NCBI RefSeq assembly: GCF_009914755.1
Contig: NC_060932.1
DNA length: 64,000 nucleotides
Strand: one strand, 5' to 3'
Source: the human T2T-CHM13v2.0 reference genome, Homo sapiens
Part shown: positions 31,702-47,819 of the stretch, one piece after another
Layout: each line of letters starts with the position of its first letter
Position numbering within the stretch: the stretch's first letter is position 1
Position numbers and translations under genes: made by a program
Notes under the pieces: model-generated
Told to the model about the DNA's origin: nothing
The model's input: the letters and a program-made list of their open reading frames with translations, nothing else
Database searches by the model: none

Positions 31702-32922
31702 TCAACATATCAATAGGCTAAGGCAGAAAAGTCACATCATATTAATTGATGCAAAAATAAAATCATTGGACAGTACCCAATAGCCATTAATGAGGAAAAC
31801 TATCAGTACATTCAAAATAGAGGGGAACTTCCTTAACCTCATAAATGCATCTACAGAAATCCTACAGCTAACATTATACTTAATTGTGAAAAACTGAATG
31901 CTTTTCCTCTAAGTTTGAGTTCTAGACAAGGATGTTCACTCTAACCATTGCTATTCAACATATTTCTGGGAGTTCTTGCCATTATAGTAAGGCAATAAAA
32001 AGTAATAGAAGGCATACAGATTTGAATGGGATAAATAAAACTATTTCTATTTGCAAATGACATGATTGTCTACAGAGATGATCCCAACAAACTCCTACAA
32101 CTAAGTGAGTTCAATATAGATACATGATCGATACATAAAATCAATTGAATTTCTGTATACTGACAAAAGTGAAAGCCAGACTAGAAATATAATATAACTT
32201 ACAATTGTTTCAAACAAAATAAAATCATTATAAAACTAAAGAAAAATCATGTACCAGATCTTTACGATGAAAAGTACAAAATGCTGGTTAAAACATTTAG
32301 CATCTCCATAAATTGATGTGTATAAAGCATTCTTATCATAATTTCATCAAGGCTTTTTGTAGACATAGTCAAACTTACTCTATACTTTATATGAAAAGAG
32401 CCTAGAATAGCCAAAACAGTTTTGGAAGGAAAAAAAAAAAAAGGAAGTAGGAGAAACCACTCTTCCTGATTTCAAAGGATAAGATATGACTACAGAAATC
32501 AAGACATAGTGGTGCTGGCAGATGGATAAATACATAGGTCAATGGAACAAAACATAATAGATATACATACCCGATATGTGAATTAATTTTTGACAAAGAC
32601 ACAAAAGTAATTCAATGGAGAAAGGATACTCTTCTGCATAAATGATACTGGATAAAGAGCATTTGTAGGGAAAAATTGACTCTTGACCTTAAACATTGCG
32701 TCTTATGCAAAAATTAACTCAAAATGGGTCATTGACTTTAAAGTATAAAATTATAAAACTTTAAAAGATAACTAGGAAGAAAATTTTCAGGACCTAGGAC
32801 TTGCTGAAGATGACATATCTTCATATCTCTTGTATATGCTACCAAAGTATGACTAATAAATAAAATTGATAAATAAGACCACATCAAAATTTAAAACTTC
32901 AGCTTTATGAAAAATCCTGTTA

Positions 32923-33270
<348 letters not shown>

Positions 33271-33351
33271 TACAAAATGAATAAAAATATTTCCAAATTA
33301 CATATCCAACAAAGCAGTAGTATAATGCAAATGAACTCTCAAAACATATTA

Positions 33352-33609
<258 letters not shown>

Positions 33610-34699
33610 CTATTAGAAAATAGACAAAGTAAGTATAGACATTTTACTGAAGAAGATTTATAGATGGCAGATAAGCACATCAGGGGGCATTCAATATCAT
33701 TATCCATTAGAGAAATGGAATTAAAATTACAATGAGATATCACTGTAAAGATGTAAGAATGGGCAAAATTACGTATATATTGCAGATGTGAATGTAAAAT
33801 TGCATAGTGACTCTGAAAATAATTTGGTGGTTTCTTTTAAAACTAAAAATGGCCCTAACATGTAATGCAGTAATTGTACTCTTAGGTACTTATCCTAAAG
33901 AAATGAAACCTCATGTGTACAAAAAAACCTATACAGAAATGTTTATAGCAACATTATTCATAATACTAAAAACAGAGAAACTAACCAAAGGTCCTTTAAA
34001 GGTTATTAATGAATGGTTAAACACACTATGGTACACCTATATCATGAATAATACTCAGCAATAAAAAGGAATAAACCATTTATATGCATAACAACGTGGA
34101 CAAACCTCAAGGAAATTATTCTTAATATTAAAAGCAAATATCAAAAAGATATATACTTCAATATATAAGATATGACATAACTATATGTTATCTAGCTATA
34201 GAGATGGAGAATAGAGTAGCAGTTGCTAGGGGTTAGATATAGAGGGAAGAATGGGTGGATGTGACTATAGAGTGATAGCATGAGAGTCTTTGGATGATAG
34301 TACAATTAATCATCTTGACTGTGGCAGTGGTTACAGGTAGTCACACTACAATAAAATTGCATGGAACTATACACACACACACACGAATGCATATAAACTG
34401 GGAAATCTGAATAAGCTCTACAGATTGTACCAATGTCAGTTTCTTAATTTTCATATCATATTATAATTTTTCAAGATATCAACATTGAAAGAAGCTGGCT
34501 GAAATGTATATGGAACCCCTTTGCACATTTCTTTGCAATTTCTTGTGATTGTATAGTTATTTCAAAATTAAAATGTTTTAAAAATTTCTAAGTTTTTTTA
34601 TTATATGCAAACAAAATAAGAAAGATTATTTCATCCTTATTATATATAATATATAATATATAAAATGTATTCATATAATTATGTTCTATTATTAAAAAT

Positions 34700-36569
34700 G
34701 AGATTTTAAAAAATAAAAATCATAATATTCCCTAGAAAAAGTCAGATGTTCTTTAAAGAAATATAGCTGATTTCTCAAAAAAAGGAAACAAAAGAAAATG
34801 GAGAGAATGTAATCTCAATATATAATTAGATACAATGAAAATATCTTCAAGCTTAAAAAGCAAATAAAGATATTTCTGTGCAAACTGAAATACAGAGAAT
34901 TTGTCACCACTAAAATAAAAGGTTTCCTTATGCTGCTGAAAATGATCCCAGATGGATGGTTGGAGATCAAGGAAAAAATAAGAGCAGTAAAAATGGCAAA
35001 TACGTGGGTACATCTAAATGCATGCTAATGGTATAAGATAAAAATTAAAAATATTTTGCAGAGTTTAAAATATATAGAGAGAGTTACAAGACACAACAAT
35101 AAAAATACAAGCCATGCGTGATAACTGGAATCAAAGTATTCTAAAATCCTTATAAAATCTGAGATGGTGGTAAAGTAGTAATAAACACTTCATGTAGGTA
35201 AATGAAGTGTTAGTCTATAATCTCTGGATAACCATTAAAAGAATATTAAAGAGTCTGTCTGACTTTAAGACTAATGAGAGAAAACAGAAAAAATTTCAGT
35301 CAAAAAAGATAAGAGAAAAATGAACATAATCTTGGCAGAATAAATAAGAAAATGATAGAAACAAGATTAGGATGAATTTTTTCCTCAAGGTACCAGAATT
35401 CATTGTATAGCTGTGGTCATGAAGATGTTGTAATGATGGCATAAGACTGACAAATAGATTAATGAAACAGGCTATAAAGTCTAAAAATAGGCCTGTGAAT
35501 ATATGGCCACTTGATTCATGACAAAGGCAGTCCTTGTAGCTAAAAGTTAATGCTTTTAAACGAATGAGTGTGGGATGATTGGAAATTCATATGAAGAAAA
35601 ATTAAATAACACCTACCTCACCCCATAATAAATGTTGACTTTAGATGCTTTGCAGACCTACCTGTGCAAGGCAAAAACAGTGAAACTTTAGAAAATAACG
35701 TAGGATAATATTTGCATGAACATGAGATAGAGGATTTTAAAAAATAGGACCCAAAAGCACAAAGCATAAAATGAAGAATTAAGTTTGACTTCATTAAAAT
35801 AAAGAACTTTTGTTTATCAAAAGAAACTATTAAGTGAATGAAAAGGCAATCCCCCCATACAGATCTTATATCCAAAATACACAAAGAACTTCAACAGACC
35901 ATTATGAAAAAGAAAGGCATTAAGTAGAAAAATGGCAAATAAATTTAGACAGGTGCTTTCAAAAAAGAGGGTATCTGAAGGACCATTGAATATATGAAAA
36001 GTTGCTAAATTCCATTGGTAATCATGGACATGCAAATTAAAATCATAGGGATTCTTTTATACCACCAGAATAGTTTAAAAATTAAAGTGACAACATGTTG
36101 GTGAAGATGTAGAGAAATGGGAATGCGGGTGGGAGACAATTGTTTACAATCACGTTTATAAAACTATCTGAAATTATTTAATAAAGTTGAAGACAAACAT
36201 GTTATTACTCATGAATCCCTCTGCTAGGGATAAGTCCAACAGAAACTTGTGCACATGTGCACACAAGACTGATCATAGCAGCCCTATTCACAATTACCAA
36301 GAAATGGAAATACTCAAATACCTTTAATAGTAGAGTGGATGAATAAATTGCGGTGTATTCATACAGTGAAAACTAAACAGCAATGAAAATGAATCAGACT
36401 AGAGCTATATGCAGTATATGCACATATCATGGGCAAATATGGAGTAATGAGTAAATCTCACAAACACAGGAATGAGCAAAACAAATAAGATTTAGGTAAT
36501 AGATATTGTATGTGCCTGTTTATTTTAACATTGACAACAGGCAAAAGTGAACTGTGGTGCTTAGTGGTA
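34700..36569 (+). mobile_element. Ancient L1ME remnant (ORF1 end, ORF2 end, 3'UTR)
   Basis: aaaatgatcccagatgga; tttgacttcattaaaataaagaactttt; catgcaaattaaaa; ggatgaataaattgcggtgtattcatacagtg. Confidence 0.6.
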
Positions 36570-37350
36570 TGGTATCATAGAAAAATAGTTGGTCTTTGTC
36601 CCTAGTTCCTGACACGTAGAACCTAAAACCCTTGGAATTTTCTCATGATAAGGGTGAGAGGAGCTTCTTTTGTTCGAATGAGGTGACTTGTCAGGCCTCT
36701 AGATAGCCTCAGGTGGAGGGCTGCTTGCCAGACAGACCAAACCTTGATTAGAAGCTCAGAACTTTCAGTCCCAACCCAAAAGCTCCTAAGATGGGAGAGA
36801 GGCTGGAGATTGAGCCAATCACCAATGGCCAATGATTTAATCAATCATGACTGTGTAATGAAACCTCCATTAAAAAATAAAAAAATTAAAAAAAACCTAA
36901 ATGATGGGATTCAGAGAGCTTCTTAGTTGGGGAACACATTTCACATGCTGTGAGGATGGTGCACCCCGACCCCACAGGGACAGAAGCTCCTGTACTTGGG
37001 ATCCTTCCAGACTTCACCCTATGTATCTCTTTATCTGGATGTTCACTTGTATCCTTTATAATAAACCTGTAATAGAAAGTAAAGTGTTTTCTGGAGTACT
37101 GTGAGCTATTCTAGCAAATTGTCAAACCTGAGGAGATCATAGGGACTGCTTACTTATAGCCAATTGGTCAGAAATATGGGTGGCCTAGGACTTTTCAGTG
37201 GCATCTGAATCTTGTGAGACTGAGTCTTTAATTTGCAGGATTTGATGCCAACACATACACAGTATCAGAATTGAACTGTTGGACATATGATTGGTATCCA
37301 GAAAACCAGATAATTAGTTTTTGATGCTGGATGCAAAGCAAAAAACGTGA
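36570..37350 (+). mobile_element. MER21-family LTR
   Basis: ttggtctttgtccctagttcctgacac...cctaaaacccttggaatt; caatcaccaatggccaatgatttaatcaatcatg. Confidence 0.8.
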
Positions 37351-37619
37351 CCACCGTAACTGGAGAGTGATGAATTTTAGACTAAAATGGTCCTTGTGAA
37401 TGAGGAAGGGCATGCTATTTCCAGCTTAGCAGCTCTAAAGATTTGATCATGCAATTGCCTGTAGCTGAATATTCTCTTGGGGGATGACTTGCAAGACAAT
37501 GTGACAAGTCGTTTCCTTATCTTGAGAAATATAACATTGAGAGAGACCAAACAGGCAACCCCTCTTCTCTAAACATTTTTTTTCCTTATAGGAAACAAAA
37601 TAGGAAGACACATTGCTAT

Positions 37620-37850
37620 GAAATCTAGTTCATATACCCCACATGATATGTTTTATGCAGTTTTTCTACTCCTTACCACAAACTGATAAGGGAGATATTG
37701 TCCTACCAACTTTAGGGATGATAAAATGGAGGCTCAGAGAACTAAATGAGTAGCTTAAACTCATATGGACAGTAAGGGATAGAGCCAGGCTATAAATCCA
37801 GGTCAAACACCAAAATCTGTACCTTCCTATTAAACCACATTGTCACCCCA
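37620..37850 (-). mobile_element. MIR
   Basis: gatgataaaatggaggctcagagaactaaatgagtagc. Confidence 0.55.
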
Positions 37851-39011
37851 AATTCTCTTTTAAGGTGCATGGAATCAAACTTAGGTCTGTGTATGTACTA
37901 GTGTTCAGCTCTGATGGTACAGTGTATCCATCACCAGTTTCTCATTATTCTGTCATTCTGAGCACCTCATTTTAGGTACACATTTTTTATAAATGATAAA
38001 AGGCTAAAATAAAGTAATTTTTATTGAACTGAAAGACATTTTCTTTTTTATGGGAACTTCTATATACATCTGCTACTTGCATCACAAATTTATTTAATGT
38101 ATTTGAGTTTTTTGAACTGCTTTGCTCTTTCCACTGTCACCTATATTGTACTCCTACAGAGGTATTTTCAAGTAAGACTGTGTGAAGTCCTACCTAACAC
38201 TAAATCAGTTGCTTCCATAGACTATTAGTTGAGGAGTGTAATCCTTAACTGAAAGTATTTCCGTAGGATATGCTAATTTCTCACTGGAAACCTTGGTGTT
38301 TGCCTGGAAATTTAACTACAAGCTTGTGCTTTTATATGAAGACTGTTTAAAACTGCATACTAAATGTTCAATTATTAACCTGAGAAGACATCTCTGTATT
38401 AGTAGGCATCAGACAAAATATTGCATCATTTGTCATAATTGGATAGTTCTGCTGGTTAGATTTATTACTTGCCTGTATTATTGAAAGTAGAGAGAATTCA
38501 GTGTCTATGATTCAGCTTTACAATTTAGAATGTTTAGTTTTTAGTTGTGGTATTTTCATCATTCCTAATCTTCATTATTCAAGCAATTTATTCTTTTATT
38601 TTTCCTACCTTTATCTCTGGATTTTATTCCATAGTATACAACAAGGCTAATTATGCTTTTAAAATTTATGACAAATGGATATGATAAACGTAATTTTACA
38701 TTAAATCATGTTTAAGAAAGCCAAGAGTCTTTCAAATCAGGAATGCAAAAGATCTTACTCCTGAGGCCTATAGAGCTGTGGATGTGTGGCTATGACTGTG
38801 TGCATTGGTGGGTTGTTGGTGAGGGTCAGATGTGATCTGGAATAAGCAAGGAGTTCAGAAACAACTTTTAACAAGCACCGTTGTAAAAGTGCATATATGT
38901 TGTCTGGATTATGCATCTTGTATGCAATTCTTAAATGTATAGTGAATTATTAAATCTATGTAAAATACCTGATACTTGTGCCTATCAGACTCAATAAATG
39001 ACTGATATTTT

Positions 39012-39275
<264 letters not shown>

Positions 39276-39405
39276 CAATAAAAGACTGATATTTTAAATC
39301 ATTACTATTCACATTGCTTTCCTGCCTTCCATTGAAATCACAGTTTTGACTGGGAATAAGATAAGTAGATTTAGGGCAGGTGTGGATCTGAGGTGGAGGA
39401 AGGTT

Positions 39406-39424
39406 GAACCACTAGGGGACAGTC
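39406..39424 (+). promoter_or_regulatory. Weaker candidate CTCF site
   Basis: GAACCACTAGGGGACAGTC; one G-to-A mismatch in the conserved core. Confidence 0.35.
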
Positions 39425-40825
39425 TGAGATCTCTGAATGTCAGGGAAGACTCTGACAGAAAGAGATCAGAGAGATGTCTGTCCTGTTCTCACTGTGCATG
39501 GAAACCTAGATACTGCATTAGAACCTGTTTCTTACCAAAGCCAAAACTTGTAACAGAGCTTAGGGGTGTAATGAGGCAGGAAAAACATGCTTACCATTCT
39601 ACTGCCATTCAAAAAAAATAGAATGAGAGAAAAGGCATGCATGGGCTATGAGTGCGGGTGGAAACCAAGTAGAATTTCATTCACTGGGAATGGTGACATC
39701 AATTTTAAATGGGGGCAATTTGAGAATAAAATACATTTTTGGAGGCAACCAAACATCAAGTGGATAATTTCTCATGTATTCATTGTCAATTCCACGCTCA
39801 TTACCTGCTTATTTATGAAATACTGTTGGGTAGTGGTGGTGGGGGTGAATGTTTGGAAGGCCGTGATCTCAAATGCAAATTTTTAATAGAGACCTGATAA
39901 AAACAGAAAATTGAAACAGATGCAGATTTAGAGTAAATAAATTCAGTCATCAGATTTTAATGCTAGTTGTGAACTAAATAACATTCTACAGCTGATAACA
40001 TGCCATATGCTATTAATATTTGAGATAATTTATGGGTGCTGAATAAAAAACATATCTGATTGGTACCACCTCCATCATTAATAGAGTACAATGCCCTGCA
40101 TATGTATTGATTTAACAAAAAAGGCCATGTAGTAAAAACTTCCTGGGAATTTGGAAATGGTTTTAACTTTGTTTCCTAATAACTTTCCCCTGAGGTTAAA
40201 AAGGATACAAGCATTACTTTCCTGTTAGGGAAATGAAGCAAAAAGTAAGTTAGTCCCAAGTCACAAATTTTTAGGCAGAGTGCCATGCTGGGTGTGTGCT
40301 GTGGTACCCAGAGCCAGGGTTTTTAACCTGAAGTCATTGAAACCTTAGAGGCTCAGTACACGAATGGGTAAACACCAGGAATATTGTGTACAAATCGAAG
40401 TTTCTGTGCGCCCAAGTGCTCTTTTGTTTTATAATCAAGGGATCTTACATGTTCTATCAAATGAAATGGATCTTTTACTAATAATTTCTACTGTTGCTTA
40501 ATGACTCATTCCAGTTTTAATAATAAGTGAGTCTATGATGAGTTACCAACTTACTTATGGCTTTGCTTTTATCTAATGAAAATTAACATTAAAATGCATT
40601 TTGAGACGATCATTGTTACTAGTTAGTATTCATTTTCCAGCTCAATCATGCTAATTTTCTAAATAGCACTACAAGGTTATCTGTTACTGGTTATTAGACT
40701 CTTAAATTCCAGTAGCCCTTACATGTTGCATAATATACATTTTCACTCAATAATTACATAATGATTTATGTTCTCTAAGTTCTTTTCAAAATTTGTAAAA
40801 AGGAATTTTGTCTTTGTATGCATTT

Positions 40826-41300
40826 CTTTCCTTTTTCTTCTTTTACTTTAAGTTCTGGGGTACATGTACAGAACGTGCAGGTTTGTTACATAGGTATTCA
40901 TGTGCCGTGGTGATTTGCTGTACCTATCAACCCATCATGTAGGTTTTAAGTCCCGCATAGCATACATTAGGTATTTGTCCTAATGCTCTCCCTCCCCTTA
41001 CCCCCAGTGTGTGATGTGAGGTCCCAGTGTGTGGTGTTCCCCTCCCTGTGTCCATGTGTTCTCATTGTTCAACTCCCACTTATGAGTGAGAACATGTGGT
41101 ATTTGGTTTTCTGTTCCTGTGTTAGTTTGCTGACAATTATGACTTCCAGCTTCGTACATGTCACTGCAAAGGACATGAACTCATACTATTTTATGGCTGC
41201 ATAGTATTCCATGGTATGTGCCATATTTTCTTTATCTAGTCTATCACTGATGGGCATTTGCATTGGTTCCGAGTCTTTGCTATCGTAAATAGTGCTGTAA
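40826..41300 (-). mobile_element. L1PA8-like 3' fragment
   Basis: aggttttaagtcccgcat...taggtatttgtcctaatgctctccctcccctt; 12-bp TSD ttgtatgcattt at 40814-40825 / 41301-41312. Confidence 0.92.
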
Positions 41301-41433
41301 TTGTATGCATTTATAATTTTAAAATAAAAGTATTTGTTCCAGCAACAAAATTATAATTAACAATAAAGGAAACAGGTATTAGTGCAGGGAGTTGTCTCAC
41401 TATGTAGTATACTCATGAAGTTAAAGATTCTAG

Positions 41434-41761
<328 letters not shown>

Positions 41762-41969
41762 AAGAGAATATTGATTCATTTTATTATCAGAAAATATAAG
41801 CCCAATAAAATATGTATTATTCATATATAATATTACAAGTGTATATTGATAAATATTGTAATCATAGTAATAATAAACATAAATATATAATAAAAATATA
41901 TAAATATATGATATATAAATGTAGAAAAACAATAGTAAAAATAAAAATATTGGCTAAGACTTTTTGGGA

Positions 41970-42460
41970 GTATATCACTAAGAGTTAAGTCAGGAAAATG
42001 GAAACCACTCTATGTAGCTGTGCTAAATAGGGTTTATTAAAAATGGGTTTATGATAGAGAGTTAGAAGGTTGGGCCACAGAGGACATGGAAATGCTGCTG
42101 AAGTTTGAGGGGGTATCACCAAAAGTCAGAGGGGCTGACCCTGAATATACCAGCCTGCAGCAGGGAAGCATGTGGTTCTCAGATGCTTGCCTGGAAGCTG
42201 CGGCAATTCTTCGGTGTCTTTGTGGAACCCTCATAGCTATCTCAGTCAGCAGTGGAGGTTTCCACAAGCTTGCTAGGAAGCTGCTGTGAATCTCTCATCT
42301 GTTCTCACATCTGCCTGCATTCAACTCCGAAGATTAATATTTTTGTGCTTCACTCTGCTTTCTGAATCTCCTACACATTTCTTTCACTGGGAAACTCTAA
42401 CTCAGATCATATGGAGATTCTGAGAATTCATTCCCAGCCTTAGAAAGGGTGTTAGTCCAT
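41970..42460 (-). mobile_element. Old MaLR LTR (MLT1M/N-like)
   Basis: gtcaggaaaatggaaaccactcta...gattctgagaattcattcccagc. Confidence 0.5.
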
Positions 42461-42625
42461 CACAGAAGGCTACATATAGCTCAGGCACTTAATGAGTGCT
42501 TTGTAGTCGTTATCTTATTTAATCTCCATGGCAACCGTATGATGTAGCTACTATTGTTTTTCACATCTAATAGATGGAATATGAATGTTAAAGTAGGAGA
42601 TGAAGGATTCAAATAGTGGCTATTA

Positions 42626-42943
<318 letters not shown>

Positions 42944-44809
42944 CTATCAGATTTCAAAGACTGAGTGTCTAATCACTAGTTTCCTGTATCTTCAACTGCA
43001 TGTTGTTTATATTAATTTTATTGATATAAGTATGAACTAAATCTCCTGTTGGTGACAGCTGCTAATATATTTTGTTTGCGACTTGTATGTCCCAGTTTAA
43101 CTAGCCTGTGAGTGCACAGAGTATCGTATTAAAATTAACACCTACATTTTATCAATCCCTGAGTACTTAGTCTAAAATGTCCACAAACATTTTGTTTCAG
43201 GGCAGGAGTGCTCTTATCACTTTGTTGTTCTATTAATTTATATACACCCACAGCCTGAAAAATTCCTTTTCTCCCAGGGAATCTCATGTCACAACCCTTG
43301 CACTGATGGTAAGAATTGAAGGTGAGGCTCTTCTGTCTCCCTGGAAGTGCCGTTTCCTACTGGTGTTCAGCTTATGTACCTGAAACTGACTTGATGTTCT
43401 AGAATACTTTTTTCCTATGGTGAATGATTCCTGTAAAACTTTCTGCAATTGATTTCTACTCCAAATTAACATACTAGCTGTGCAACTTGATTCTCACCTT
43501 TCCAAATCTATCAGTCCCTCAGGTCTACCTCTGCGGCTCTAATTTCTAGTGGTGGAAAGAAATCAATCTTTTTATTGCCATGATTGGCAAATCTAAGGAT
43601 TTAAATTTTCATGTCTGGGAAAGGGGTTTCTGTCAAGTTCAAGTCCTCAGAATCATTCAAGTCCAGCAGATACATGGATTAAGTGAGAAGCAGGGTAATT
43701 ACTCTTGCAAATACAATCATTTAAAACTAGACTCTTGTCCAACCAAGACACCCAACATGCCCTATTGCAAACATCGACTATGATCATTTCGCTCACGATT
43801 GAACTTGTCCTGTGTCTTTAATCTCATATATTCATTAATACAATACAAATTTATCCAAAATAGTTAATAGACTGATACTATTTTTAAAACTTAATAGTAA
43901 TTACTTGGTTTATTATGACTAAATAATCCATCTTCTAAAGAAAAATGTAGGAATACTTCAGTTTATTAAAAAAGAAATCTAGAAACTTTCCATCTACTCT
44001 GAAAGGTAAATTCAAAAACAAAACAAAACCATGAGATTTTCAGAGGTGTCAGGATAGAAATGGCTGTGGCTTTAAAGTTCCATTACCTGACTTAATTTTG
44101 CTTTACCTGAGTGTCCAGACATTCTGTGACAATAGCAATCCAGTTGTACCTTCTATTTATTTTTCTTTTTATTTTCTGGAACCCTTTATAATGTAAAATT
44201 AGTTCAAATAAAGCATAATACATAATAGAGGTAAAATCCAAAATGTTTTAGATTGCATTCCACAGATGTATACTTATGATTTAACTGAACTCTACATTAC
44301 TTTACAATTACCTTCACAACAGTAGCAGATGGCCTTTTTTAATTTATTATTATAATTGAAATATTAAATAGCACAAATGAATAATACCTGTGACAACTGA
44401 TTGTTTGCTTACTTGTTTTTCAGAATATAAAAAGTATTACACTTGTCTAATAAATATCTTGCATCATAATGTATTTATGGTAAAAATCCTTTGATCTTTT
44501 TACTTCTAACTCTGTGTTCCATCAACGCATTTTTTAAATATGCAGAAATATTTAATCCATGACTCTATGATCAACTTGGGATCTTGTTATCTGCAAAATC
44601 CATTTATCCTCTGCCCAGGTAAAGCCATGTTTTCCTACACTTAAAAATGTAAATAAATATCCCTTAGATAATCTGGACAGCAGTTTCTTATATAGCATGT
44701 CTGAGCACTATATTTTGCTGGGCTATAAAAGGTTTAATTGTTGTTTATTGGTACAATAAGGGATTCTAGTTACTAATATCTACCTGTAGTCAATAAAGCA
44801 AACATTGAT

Positions 44810-45200
44810 TGGTTGATCGAATCATTGATTCATTCAATAGGTATTGATTCAGCACCAGCTATGAGCTAGGCAGAGTTCTAGGCCCTACAGAGAAAACTGA
44901 TATCAAACTAAGAAAGTCTTTTTCCAAGTGCTACAGTAGGGGTGGGGGAGGAGAGAGATAACAAACTGGTGAGCAAATGTTAAACAAAATGATTCTAGAG
45001 AGTGCTAAATACTGTGAGGAAGATAAAATGATAAAATAATAAAGACTTCTGAAGATTGGTTAGGGTAACCTCTTGTAGAAGTATCATTGGAGACCGAAGG
45101 ATGACACACCAGCCATCTGACCATGAGAGAACATCATTCAAGGCAAAGGAAACAGACCACCACCAACAAAAAAAGATGCACTGGGGAATTTCCAGTAACA
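44810..45200 (-). mobile_element. L2 3' fragment
   Basis: attcattcaataggtattgattcagcacc...gttctaggc; gagaacatcattcaaggcaaaggaaacag. Confidence 0.6.
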
Positions 45201-45269
45201 CTTTTGTTAGCTCTCTTAATATCTGATTTTTTGAGCACTAGAACACTGCCTCTCACAGAATCCTAGCTT

Positions 45270-45690
45270 AAAACAGCAATGAACAGACTAGAATTCTAGG
45301 CTAAAACCAACAAGATGAAATGTGACTGATATGAATATAAATGGTGCACATAAGTTCACAAACCCAATTACACAGCACAAAATGATATCCACGTGGCTTG
45401 ACAGCTGTTCATATTAGAAAAATCTAGGGATTCTAATGGACTACATATTGGAGATTGCTCTTTGCTGTTCCTGACTGGAAAAAAAAATATGTAGATATTA
45501 CCCTTGGGCAGATTTCAGCCCAACTTAAAGTATCATTAGAGCTGTCCAAAATGGAACAGCCTGCTTTGCACATAGAGAACTCACATTGCTCAACTCAAAA
45601 AAGAGCAGAAGGAAGGAAGAAGGAAGGACACGTAACAGGGATTTTTACAAAAACAGAATTCGGTATTTCTTGGAGACTACTTTAAGACAG
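45270..45690 (+). mobile_element. L3/CR1 LINE fragments
   Basis: aaaaccaacaagatgaaat...tggcttgacagctgttcat...gagctgtccaaaatggaacagcctgc. Confidence 0.55.
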
Positions 45691-45959
45691 TTTTTGGTTT
45701 CTGTAAGTCTGTGACTTATTACTTGTTCCTTTAATTCCAATAAAATTTTCTTCATTTTTGTTATTTTTAAAACATTAAGAAGAAAAAAATGATATTGATA
45801 TAAGGTAGATGGTGAAGTTTAGCAAAAGTTTAGTTTATAATGATATCTCTCAAAATAGCAAACTGAAGTTTAAAATTCTTAAGCTATAATTTTAAAGGAA
45901 TTTAGATTAAACTTTTAATATGTTGTTGGCTAAGTATAATACAAAATAAAAACTAAATA

Positions 45960-46165
45960 AATCTTGGTTTTGCCACATATTAGCTGTGTAATATAGACAA
46001 TTTACTTCTCTGTTATTGTTTCCTCAGAATGAGGGCAGTAACTTGTAGCCGTCTGAAAAGATTGTTATAAGCATGGAGTTAGTTGCTGTATATAAAGCAG
46101 TTAGACCAGTACCTGACAATATTACATGCTAAGTAAGTGCTTGCTATTACTGTTGCTGTTATTAT
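45960..46165 (+). mobile_element. MIR ending just upstream of the exon acceptor
   Basis: tttgccacatattagctgtg...tttcctcagaatgagg...gcttgctattactgttgctgttatt. Confidence 0.55.
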
Positions 46166-46198
46166 TAATTATAATTGTGTGCTCTATTCTGCCTTCAG

Positions 46199-46346
46199 GA
46201 ATTAATGACCAAGTTAATAACTGAGACACCTGACCAGCCAATCCCATTTCTCATTGACCATCTTCAGTCTAAACAAGGGAACCGTGGACAACTTCAAAGA
46301 ACTTTGTCTGGATCTGCAGCTCTATGGGCAGAAAGTGAAAAATCAG
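46199..46346 (+). CDS. C8orf34: Internal coding exon (148 nt, phase 0 to 1) of C8orf34/VEST1, probably exon 2
   Basis: Acceptor ctctattctgccttcAG at 46197-46198 and donor CAG|GTaaat at 46347. Open frame [49 protein letters not shown], with a [12 protein letters not shown] motif typical of RIIa/Dpy-30 D/D domains. The peptide matches C8orf34 as I recall it. Confidence 0.93.
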
Positions 46347-47501
46347 GTAAATGAAGAATGTCTATGCAGTTAATTTGGGATTCATTTAATGTCAAAATTT
46401 CAAAACTCTTTTTGATACTAATAAGATAAATCTAGATAGATAGTTACCAAAGGTTTCATGTGTTCATCTCTGACCTTACCTAGATGCTAAAATTTGTCAT
46501 AAATTATTAAATTTGAATATATCGTAATGTATTATGTCTCAAAATACAAGAATCAGCATTTTGCATTTTAATACAGATAAGATTCAGATTTGCATCAAAA
46601 GATTTTATCCTGTATAAATTCAGACTAGTTATCCTAAACTTATTTTTTAATGAATAATTTGAATTAAATGCTTATAGCTTATCTATATAGAAAGACAATA
46701 GTAGAGTTCTACAGGATTACTTTTCTTGTTGCCCAAACTGATGATTGTTCTTTATTTCTCCATGCCCCAATTTTATCCTGTGTAGTAAACCTTAGGAAGA
46801 TTCACTGACTCTTTACATCAGGGAACTAGTTTTTCGAGTGTATCATAGCCTCCTCTCCCCAGTAAACACTAGTGAAAGAATTGAGTAGACTTGAACTCAA
46901 TCTTTGCTCATAAAATGTGTTTACACATTGGTCTGTTAGTTTGACATTTACTTTCAAATCCAAATCCCCTCATGCCCATTGCTTGGGTAACCAACTTCTT
47001 GTCTGATTCCCGTAGAAATCCAACTGTACTCCAAATGACTTTCCTTGGATGGCATTATCACTTCTCTCCACCTCTTCATGCTTTATGGGATCCCATGAAA
47101 GGATTTTGGTCTTCTTTGGCTGTATCTCATATGAATGCCTTCTTGATACCAGGTCCCAAAGCTACACTAAAGTGTGTAGAGAGTAGGGTGTCCTCTGAAG
47201 AATGTAGACATCTATGATGTCATTTATCCACACAAAAGTTATTTGCGTCATATAGGAAGTTAGAATATGAACTTTTGGCACAAAAAGAAGAAACTCTTAC
47301 TTGTCTTACTTTTTCTTGGCCTTAACTTTCTTGGGTTTAGATTCTAAGTAGAATGGGTAGGTAGGCAGGGGCTTTGGTTTGTAGGTACTAAGATGGTACC
47401 CACCACATAAACGCAGATCAGTTGAGCATCTGTGAATTTACTGTAGCTCATGTGAGTCCATATTTTATAAATCAGTATCTGGAGAGAAAGGAACATATTA
47501 A

Positions 47502-47805
<304 letters not shown>

Positions 47806-47819
47806 AACTCTTCATTTTA

